A stretch of 64,000 nt of DNA from an uncultured virus (IMG/VR IMGVR_UViG_3300030106_002968). Taxonomy: Duplodnaviria; Heunggongvirae; Uroviricota; Caudoviricetes. The stretch lies in IMG/VR virus record IMGVR_UViG_3300030106_002968; one strand, written 5' to 3'. Every line of letters begins with the position of its first letter. Within the stretch, counting starts at the first letter, position 1. The notes under the pieces were generated by a model. It was not told where the DNA came from, ran no database searches, and worked only from the letters and a program-made list of their open reading frames with translations. The translations under genes were made by a program, and so were the position numbers. Shown in pieces: positions 56,567 to 64,000 of the stretch.

Positions 56567-57185
56567 GATAGACTATACAATTATGCCTTTGTTTAGCACA
56601 CCGCTTTATATAAAAAACTTTGTACCCCTATCTAATGATGAAGAGATTATTTTAAAATCATCAAAGCTTGAAAGAATGCAATCTGATAATGGTTATTTTT
56701 CTCAAGATAAATATATTTTAGATAGTACCAAAGAACTAAAAAGAAGTATTGAATCATGTATAAATGAGTATGTTTTTGATGAGTTAAAAGTAAGTGGCCC
56801 AGTTAAATTTTATATCACAAACTCTTGGATTGTTAAGCATAAAAAAAATGACTGGGCTCACCAACACGCACACACTAACTGTATATTATCAGGCGTGTAT
56901 TATTTTGATGTAGATGAAAATAGTGGTGTTCTAAGTTTTCACAAAGAGTCAAATCACTTTACGGTTTTTCCAATGCACCTAGATTTAGACGTATCTGAAC
57001 ATAACATAATTAATTCAAAGGCGTGGAGTTTTACACCTAAAAACCACCAACTTTTTATTTTTCCGCCATGGTTAAAACATGGTGTGTCTGGTAATAATTC
57101 AGATAAAGATAGATATTCTCTTGCTTTTAATGTATATTTAAAAGGTAAGATAGGTAAAAAAGAATATGAATTGGAAATAAAATGA
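56559..57185 (+). CDS. Putative 2OG-Fe(II) oxygenase (HxH type)
   Basis: LFSTP, SW, HAHTNCILSGVYY, IFPPWLKHGV, RYSLAFN. Confidence 0.85.
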   Translation: MSEIDYTIMPLFSTPLYIKNFVPLSNDEEIILKSSKLERMQSDNGYFSQDKYILDSTKELKRSIESCINEYVFDELKVSGPVKFYITNSWIVKHKKNDWAHQHAHTNCILSGVYYFDVDENSGVLSFHKESNHFTVFPMHLDLDVSEHNIINSKAWSFTPKNHQLFIFPPWLKHGVSGNNSDKDRYSLAFNVYLKGKIGKKEYELEIK

Positions 57186-58006
57186 CACAAGCTATCTTAC
57201 CTTTTCTCACAGCAATCGCCTTATCAGGCATTGCAGCTTATTATTCAGTTATAGGTTTAGCACAGATTTTTCCAGGTTCGTTTTGGCCAATAATTATAAT
57301 GGGTACAGTATTAGAAATTGCTAAGTTGGTCACAGTTTCTTGGTTGTACAATAACTGGAAAGAAACAATTTTGGCTATGAAAATATATTTTGTAACAGCC
57401 ATTATTTTGGTCATGTTAATTACCTCCATGGGAATATTTGGTTTTCTTTCAAGAGCTCATATTGAATCTAACATTATAGTTGGTGCAAATTCCGTGCAAG
57501 TTAAGCAGATTGAGCAAAGAGAAAATCTATTAAGAGAACGATTGACCTATCTGTACAGACAGGCAGGTGATGACCCAGAAAAAGTCGCAAGAACTACCGA
57601 TAGACAAATACGAGCCGCACAATTAGAACTTGTAGAACTCACACAACAAAAATTACCATTACTCAAAGAAGAAAACATATTAAGGGCAGAAGTAGGGCCA
57701 ATCATGTTTATCGCCGAGTTATTATACGATAAAGATGATACAAAGTTTATAGATAAGGCTGTGAGGGTTGTTATATTCATAATCATATTTGTATTTGACC
57801 CATTGGCAGTTTTACTATTAGTGGCCGCAAATCAATCATATAGAAAATATAGGGTAGATAAACCCAAACCACCAACACCAAAGAAGGCAAATCGTAGAAA
57901 AAAGCTTGACTTACCAGCCAGTCCTAGTTTAGAATCCTTCTTTATAGACAAAGATAAAATGTTAGTACCTAAAAATCAAATTGCGAAAGTGAGAGGAATG
58001 AAATGA
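57182..58006 (+). CDS. Conserved membrane protein with coiled-coil
   Basis: AAYYSVIGL..IF, LEIAKLV, ITSMGIFGFLS, EVGPI, FVFDPLAVLLL; about four TM segments. Confidence 0.75.
   Translation: MTQAILPFLTAIALSGIAAYYSVIGLAQIFPGSFWPIIIMGTVLEIAKLVTVSWLYNNWKETILAMKIYFVTAIILVMLITSMGIFGFLSRAHIESNIIVGANSVQVKQIEQRENLLRERLTYLYRQAGDDPEKVARTTDRQIRAAQLELVELTQQKLPLLKEENILRAEVGPIMFIAELLYDKDDTKFIDKAVRVVIFIIIFVFDPLAVLLLVAANQSYRKYRVDKPKPPTPKKANRRKKLDLPASPSLESFFIDKDKMLVPKNQIAKVRGMK
57906..57935 (+). promoter_or_regulatory. Possible sigma70-type promoter for uvsX
   Basis: TTGACT -18 bp- TAGAAT, about 70 bp upstream of uvsX. Confidence 0.45.
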
Positions 58007-59067
58007 GTTTATTAGATAGACTAAAGAAGAATACAACAATTAAAGATTCGTCTATACTTGCCAAGTCAAAGTTTTTTAGTCAGAAAGATATGGTGCAAAC
58101 TGATGTACCTATGATTAATGTTGCACTTTCTGGTTCACTTGATGGCGGTATAACACCAGGTCTTACCATGTTGGCAGGGCCCTCTAAACATTTTAAGAGT
58201 GCATTTGGCCTGCTCATGGCTTCTGCATACATGAAAAAGTATAAAGATGCAGTTGTGTTATTCTATGATTCAGAGTTTGGCACACCGCAGAAATACTTTG
58301 AGACATTTGAGATAGACATGGAACGTGTATTGCATACGCCAATTACAAATGTAGAAGAACTAAAAATTGATATAATGAATCAGTTACAAGATATCACAAG
58401 TGAAGATAAGGTAATCATAATCATAGATTCGATTGGTAACCTCGCATCTAAGAAAGAGGTTGATGATTCACTTGATGGTAAAACAGTTGCAGATATGACG
58501 AGAGCCAAGGGTATAAAGTCTTTGTTTCGCATGATAACACCTCACCTCACTATCAAAGACATACCCTTGGTTGTAGTCAATCACACATACAAAGAAATCG
58601 GAATGTTTCCAAAAGATATTGTTGGCGGTGGTACAGGTTCTTATTACTCTGCTGACACAATCTGGATTCTTGGTAGACAACAAGACAAAGACAAAGATGG
58701 TCTACAAGGTTATCACTTCATAATTAATGTAGAGAAATCTAGGTACGTAAAAGAGAAGTCAAAGATACCTATTTCTGTATCATTTAATGGTGGTATGCAA
58801 AAGTATTCTGGTCTTTTAGACTTAGCAATGCAAGCTAACTTTGTAACAAAGCCATCACCGGGTTGGTATGCAAAAGTTGATCGTGAAACAGGCGAAGTTG
58901 GTCCTAAGGTACGCTTAGATGCCACACAAACAAAGGAATTCTGGTATCCTATATTAGAGGACAAACAGTTTAAAACCTTTGTTCAAGAAAAATATCAAAT
59001 AGGTTATGGGAACATATTGAATGACGAGACTAGAACAGACGATACTGAAGAACTTAGTATACAATGA
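58003..59067 (+). CDS. uvsX: RecA-like recombinase UvsX
   Basis: AGPSKHFKS, YDSEFG, DSIGNLASKKE, DMTRAK, NHTY. Confidence 0.96.
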   Translation: MSLLDRLKKNTTIKDSSILAKSKFFSQKDMVQTDVPMINVALSGSLDGGITPGLTMLAGPSKHFKSAFGLLMASAYMKKYKDAVVLFYDSEFGTPQKYFETFEIDMERVLHTPITNVEELKIDIMNQLQDITSEDKVIIIIDSIGNLASKKEVDDSLDGKTVADMTRAKGIKSLFRMITPHLTIKDIPLVVVNHTYKEIGMFPKDIVGGGTGSYYSADTIWILGRQQDKDKDGLQGYHFIINVEKSRYVKEKSKIPISVSFNGGMQKYSGLLDLAMQANFVTKPSPGWYAKVDRETGEVGPKVRLDATQTKEFWYPILEDKQFKTFVQEKYQIGYGNILNDETRTDDTEELSIQ

Positions 59068-60421
59068 AGATTTTACACGAAAAGTTTTACCATTTATCCA
59101 AATAGAATACTTTTCAGATTCAATTGAAAGAAAAGTTTTTGCTGAGATAAAAGAATTTGTAAATCGTTATGAGCAAGTGCCTACACATGAGGCGCTTGTG
59201 ATTAATTTTACAGAAAAGAAAGAACTTACAGAAGATGAAGTCTCAAAATCTATTGAGCTTCTGAATGAAATCAAAACAACATCTGATGAAAAAGTAGATC
59301 AATCTTGGCTCACAGAACAAACAGAAAAGTTTTGTCAAGATAAAGCAATCTACAATGCAATCATGGATTCGGTTGCAATACTTGATGACAAAAGCACACA
59401 AAAATCTAAAGGTGAAATACCAAAACTATTGAGTGATGCACTTGGTGTTTCGTTTGACACTCATATTGGCCATGATTTCATAGATGATTACAAAGAACGA
59501 TATGACTTTTATCACAAGGTTGAAAAAAGAACTAAGTTTGACCTTGACCTGATGAACAAGATTACAAAAGGCGGTCTGCCAGATAAAACTTTGAATGTAT
59601 TGATGGCGGGCACAGGTGTTGGTAAAAGTTTGTTTATGTGCCACATGGCATCAGCCTGTTTATCTCAAGGTGATAATGTTTTGTATATCACTTTAGAAAT
59701 GGCTGAAGAAAAGATTGCAGAAAGAATTGATGCTAACTTATTAAACATTAGTTTGAATGAACTTAGGTCTGTATCAAGAGATGATTATGAAAATAAATTC
59801 AAAGTGCTAAGAGCTAAGACACAAGGTAAACTAATCATCAAAGAATATCCGACTGCATCAGCATCTACATTACATTTTAGAGCCTTGTTAAGTGAACTGG
59901 CGATGAAGAAACAATTTAGACCTAATATTATATTTGTTGATTACATAAACATTTGTGCATCATCAAGAATACGACCAGGTGGTAATGTGAACTCATATAC
60001 ATATATTAAGTCTATTGCAGAAGAACTACGAGGTCTTGCTGTTGAGTTTGAACTACCAATTGTATCTGCTACACAAACAACGAGGTCTGGTTTTACAAAC
60101 TCAGATCCAGGTCTTGAAGATGTTTCAGAATCATTTGGTCTACCTGCAACAGCCGACTTTATGTTTGCAATCATATCAAATGAACAACTTGAAGAACTGA
60201 ATCAGATTATGGTCAAACAACAAAAGAATCGTTACAATGATCCAAGTTATTATAAGAAGTTTATTCTTGGTGTTGATAGAGCCAAGATGAGATTGTATGA
60301 TGTAGAACAAGGTGGTCAAGATGACTTGTTAGACTCAGGTCAAGATAATGGGCCAGATGGGCCAGATAAACCAATTAACACATTTGGCACAAGAGAAAAG
60401 TTTGATGGATTTAAAGTATGA
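59021..60421 (+). CDS. gp41: Replicative helicase gp41
   Basis: AGTGVGKS, LEMAEE, IKEYPT, VDYINI, SATQTTR, SESFGLPATAD. Confidence 0.96.
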   Translation: MTRLEQTILKNLVYNEDFTRKVLPFIQIEYFSDSIERKVFAEIKEFVNRYEQVPTHEALVINFTEKKELTEDEVSKSIELLNEIKTTSDEKVDQSWLTEQTEKFCQDKAIYNAIMDSVAILDDKSTQKSKGEIPKLLSDALGVSFDTHIGHDFIDDYKERYDFYHKVEKRTKFDLDLMNKITKGGLPDKTLNVLMAGTGVGKSLFMCHMASACLSQGDNVLYITLEMAEEKIAERIDANLLNISLNELRSVSRDDYENKFKVLRAKTQGKLIIKEYPTASASTLHFRALLSELAMKKQFRPNIIFVDYINICASSRIRPGGNVNSYTYIKSIAEELRGLAVEFELPIVSATQTTRSGFTNSDPGLEDVSESFGLPATADFMFAIISNEQLEELNQIMVKQQKNRYNDPSYYKKFILGVDRAKMRLYDVEQGGQDDLLDSGQDNGPDGPDKPINTFGTREKFDGFKV

Positions 60422-61536
60422 AAATAACTAGAGAACAAGCTTTATATGGTGCAAAAGTTTTCTCCGATTACTTTGACCGTTTTGATGGCATTGCTGATTA
60501 CATTCGTGAACAAAAACTAAATGCACTTTCAGATGTGCCTGTTGGTCTTCCAGGTATGGGGCCTGAAACAGATTTGTTTAATGATAGTGATATGCACCCA
60601 GAAGATATGAAGATTGAGGTCCATGAGATGCAACAAAATCTTTGGGATAATTATCTATCAATCATATCATCACATTCAAACATGACAAGTATACCAGGAA
60701 AACAATTGCGTTTAGGTGTATTAGAAAAGAATACAAACAAGTGGCTTGGTTTTATTCGTATTGGTTCTCCTGTAATTAACATGAAGCCAAGAAACCAATT
60801 ACTGAATAGTATTTTTACAGAGAGTCCAGAAAAAGCAAAAGCATTTAACAATACTACAATTATGGGTTTTGCAATCGTGCCTACACAACCATTTGGTTTC
60901 AATGCACTTGGTGGTAAATTACTTGCAGGTATTTGTTGTTCTCACCATGTTCGTGAGATGATGAATAAAAAGTATAAAGGCATGAATGTCTGTTTGTTTG
61001 AAACTACTAGTTTGTATGGATCATCAAAGTCTAGTTCACAGTATGATGGTATGAAACCATATATCAGATTTAAAGGTCTTACAGACTCTAATTTTCTACC
61101 ATTGATGCACGGAAAACCATATGATGATCTAAAAGAGTATATGGAAAATGCTGTTGGTGAACCGTTAGTGCCAGAGGACGCCTCATCAAGAAAACTTAAA
61201 ATATCTACAAAAATACAGGCGCTCATCAAGGCTGCTTTAGATGAAAGTGATTTAGATAAGTTTAATCAAACAATCAACAAAGCCCTTAATTTGACTGAAA
61301 AGAAACGATATTACGCCTCCTCCTATGGTTTCTCCAACTTTGTTGATGTGGTGACTGGTAAGACCGATAAGTTGGTTCCAGACAAGGATAACCACGATAA
61401 ACACTATCTGAAGAACGTAATTAACTGGTGGAAAAAGAAAGCCTCAAACAGATATGTGTCTCTAAAAAGAGACAATCGAATCAGAAAAGAGTTAGAAGTA
61501 TGGACAGGTGAAAAAGAGATTGACATTATTCGGTAA
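60418..61536 (+). CDS. DUF4338/DruA-like protein, paralog 2
   Basis: IPGKQL, GSPVIN.KPRN, VPTQPFGFNALGGKLLA, FETTSLYG, SQYDG; clearly homologous to 40975..42258. Confidence 0.7.
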   Translation: MKITREQALYGAKVFSDYFDRFDGIADYIREQKLNALSDVPVGLPGMGPETDLFNDSDMHPEDMKIEVHEMQQNLWDNYLSIISSHSNMTSIPGKQLRLGVLEKNTNKWLGFIRIGSPVINMKPRNQLLNSIFTESPEKAKAFNNTTIMGFAIVPTQPFGFNALGGKLLAGICCSHHVREMMNKKYKGMNVCLFETTSLYGSSKSSSQYDGMKPYIRFKGLTDSNFLPLMHGKPYDDLKEYMENAVGEPLVPEDASSRKLKISTKIQALIKAALDESDLDKFNQTINKALNLTEKKRYYASSYGFSNFVDVVTGKTDKLVPDKDNHDKHYLKNVINWWKKKASNRYVSLKRDNRIRKELEVWTGEKEIDIIR

Positions 61537-61560
61537 TCATGTTAGGATAAATAACATGAT
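61520..61560 (+). promoter_or_regulatory. Overlapping sigma70-type and late promoters in a 9-bp inverted repeat
   Basis: TTGACA (61520) -17 bp- TAGGAT (61543); GATAAATA (61546); ATCATGTTA/TAACATGAT covering the start codon. Confidence 0.55.
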
Positions 61561-62658
61561 GGCATACACATTTTTTCCAAAAACAGCAACAGAAGTTGTT
61601 AAAAAATTAAACCCTAAAAATGCTGACCAAATAGCAAAGGTTGGTGAAATAAGTCAATTGTTAAATTATTTAAAAAGTGATAAAAAAACAAAAGACATTA
61701 TAGATACACCAATAAACATAGATCCATTAAAAATATCTTCTGTTAATGTATCAAGAAAATTAAAAGGTGTTATAACAGAATCAGCAATCAAAAAGGCGGT
61801 TAGTTTAAAGAAAATAAAAATTAGATTTGGAGATGGTTCAGCTGGCGGTAGAGGTGTTAATAATAAAGGTGGTAAATTTGAAAAAGATTTAGGACCAGCA
61901 TTTGAAAACTGGTGGACTGGTAAAAAAATTCAAGACGCTGATTTATTAACAGCTGTTGAGGAGGTCTATGACAAGACCATACTCAAAAATTGGGAAGACT
62001 TATTTGTTTTACAAGAGGGAGCTGCAAATACAAAGAGACCGTTACAATTTACACCAGACATAACAATCATGGCACCACCTGATAATAATATTGGTAAAAT
62101 GGTAACTGATATAACATTAAAAAATAATGGTAAATCGGTGTATCTAAGTTTAAAATCAACCACGACTGTTACATTTTTTAATGTTGGGGTCAAAANNNNN
62201 NNNNNACAATATTGACAACACCAGAAATCAAAAGCGGTAATATAACAGATAAGAATGGTTTGAAGTTATTAAAATTAATTGGCATAGACCCAGCTTTATT
62301 TACCGAACCATTTAACGAAAATAGTTATCGAGGATTTGAACAAGAAATAAAATTATCAGCTTCTAAAAAATCTAAATTAGAAAAACTCATAGAAAGTGGT
62401 ATAGGTTATGGTTATACAGTTGTACATCAACTTAAAAAAGGTGACGTAAAAGTTTTCAATGTTACTAAAAAATATATGCAAGACGCTTCAACTGTAGTTG
62501 GCCCTCTTACTGTTTATTATGGTGGAAAAACTGGCACAGGCAAAAGAGTAGACGTAGAGGTGAAAACAAAAAAATATTTAATGAATTTTAATATAAGAGA
62601 TACTCAAGGAGGTGACGGTTACCCAACAAGATTAATGTGTAACTTTAAATACCTATGA
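61556..62658 (+). CDS. Hypothetical basic protein, possible PD-(D/E)xK-like nuclease; one gene split by the N gap at 62196-62205
   Basis: Listed ORFs 61508..62215 and 62212..62658 abut at the gap; GKFEKDL...VTDITL...YLSLK pattern. Confidence 0.55.
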
Positions 62659-63879
62659 ACTTCACAGAATTTTTACAAGAAGCCAGACAAGACAAGAATC
62701 TTCACTTAGAACATTTAGAAGATAATGTCTTGAATCGTGGTGTTGCTGGCGCCAGAGAGTCAATCAACTTTTTACAATCGTTGAGAGATATGCTTGCAGG
62801 TAAGTCCGCATCTAAAGTAAATGTTACAACAAAATGGGATGGTGCACCTGCCATTTTCGCTGGTATAAATCCTGCAAATGGTAAATTTTTTGTTGGCACT
62901 AAATCAGTATTTAATGTAACACCTAAACTTAATTATAGAGACAGAGATATAGATAAGAACCACCCGACAGGTGNNNNNNNNNNTTAAAATAGCTTTGGCC
63001 TTTTTACCAAAACTTGGTATCAAAGGTGTATTACAAGGTGATATGATGTTTACAAAAGGAGACTTGAAGAGAGAAACGATTGAAGGTGAGAGATACATTA
63101 CGTTTCAACCAAACACAATTGTCTATGCAGTACCAGAAAATTCTATCTTAGCTAAAAAAATGCAGGCCGCTCAACTTGGTATTGTTTTTCATACCTCGTA
63201 TTCAGGTAGAACACTCAGAACTATGAAGCCATCCTTTAACATAGACATTGGTAGATTACAACCAACAAAGGACGTTTGGTTTCGTGATGCTTCTTTCACC
63301 GATGCCTCTGGTACTGCCACATTTACAGATGCAGAGACAAGACAGATTACAAATATACTCTCACAGGCAGGCAGAACATTTAGAACAATCAACGCTCAGG
63401 TCTTAAATCGTTTATCAATCAATGACAAGATACTTACAGAAATAAAAACATTCAATAACAAGTCAGTTCGTGCAGGTGAAAAAATTAGAAACACAAGTGT
63501 GCATACAATAAACTTGATTCGATTTGTAGAACAAAAACTAAACAAAGAAATACTCAAGGCAAAAAGAGCTGAGACAAAAAGAAAAAGACAACAAGAAAAG
63601 AATGAAATGATGAGATTCTTTAGACAATCAGCAATGCAGTTAGTACAAATATTTAATCTAATGAATCAGATTGTTGATGCTAAATTAATCATCATACGCA
63701 AGCTACAAGAGATGAGACAGATTACGGGCACGTTTGTAAGAACAGATGATGGTTTTAAGATTACAAACCCAGAGGGTTTTGTTGCAGTTGACAAACTAAC
63801 AGGTGGTGCCTTGAAACTTGTTGATCGTTTAGAATTTTCACATCAAAATTTCACAGTTAAAAAACAATGGGACAAATAA
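62655..63879 (+). CDS. Conserved T4-like protein (DUF6267-like); one gene split by the N gap at 62974-62983
   Basis: NLHLEHLED, TTKWDGAPA, FFVGTKSVFN, QGDMMF, FQPNTIVY, PEGFVA, KLVDRLEFS. Confidence 0.7.
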
Positions 63880-64000
63880 ATGGCTTACGATATAGATAAA
63901 ATCATACATGAATATGGAGATATGGATTTCGGCTTCACAGCAGTTGATGAAACGGAATATGAGGCAGTACAAGAAGAGTTAAAGAAAGAGAGTTATCAGA
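63880..64000 (+). CDS. Hypothetical protein, 3'-truncated by the window edge
   Basis: MAYDIDKIIHEYGDMDFGFTAVDETEYEAVQEELKKELS, open to the end. Confidence 0.65.
   Translation, partial: MAYDIDKIIHEYGDMDFGFTAVDETEYEAVQEELKKESYQ

Noticed and set aside
15138..60421. Introns or inteins in gp17, gp43, gp41, uvsW
   Set aside because: Lengths and motif spacing look normal, and no splicing motifs or embedded endonuclease ORFs were seen.
40975..61536. A complete Druantia defence system
   Set aside because: No DruE-like large helicase or druBCD genes are visible; the two DruA-like genes are 18 kb apart among phage replication genes.
22845..62983. Apparent frameshifts or pseudogenes in gp21, gp43, 61556..62658 and 62655..63879
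   Set aside because: Each break coincides with a 10-N scaffold gap of unknown true length (22845, 54143, 62196, 62974; also 2656).
11866..63879. Short minus-strand ORFs across the structural and replication modules
   Set aside because: All lie antisense to well-supported genes and show no recognisable motifs.
1..64000. Stop-codon reassignment
   Set aside because: Core genes are full length under the standard code and end in TAA, TAG and TGA.
1..64000. Firm host assignment such as cyanophage
   Set aside because: No photosynthesis genes in this window. The gene set fits aquatic T4-like phages broadly; a gp23/gp43 phylogeny would be needed.

Overview
This window is 64 kb of an AT-rich, T4-like myovirus genome of the aquatic (cyanophage/pelagiphage/Methylophilales-phage-like) type. 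Essentially every real gene is on the + strand. Layout: (1) 1-11.8 kb, glycine-rich adhesin-like proteins and a 1840-aa mosaic tail fibre; (2) 11.9-26.4 kb, the T4 virion block (gp13-gp23, gp3); (3) 26.4-64 kb, replication/recombination genes (uvsY, uvsW, gp55, gp47, gp46, gp45, gp44, gp62, regA, gp43, uvsX, gp41) interleaved with accessory genes. The accessory genes include a six-gene nucleotide-sugar cluster, three 2OG-Fe(II) oxygenases, peptide deformylase, a CobS/CobT-like AAA+/VWA pair, Hsp20, glycosyltransferase-like genes and an M15 endolysin. The most striking item is a 67-nt aberrant tRNA-Gly-like gene (6-nt anticodon loop, shrunken D-arm, GUGC T-loop) directly behind one of two DUF4338/DruA-like (probably Mom/GNAT-related) genes. 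I hypothesise this is a dedicated aminoacyl-tRNA donor for DNA modification. Several candidate cis-regulatory structures are also visible: an RBS-occluding hairpin with a late promoter in its loop before an ATC-initiated gene, a ROSE-like thermometer before hsp20, an H-type pseudoknot, and an antisense promoter. Five 10-N scaffold gaps interrupt genes. All family assignments come from motif recognition and synteny, not database searches.
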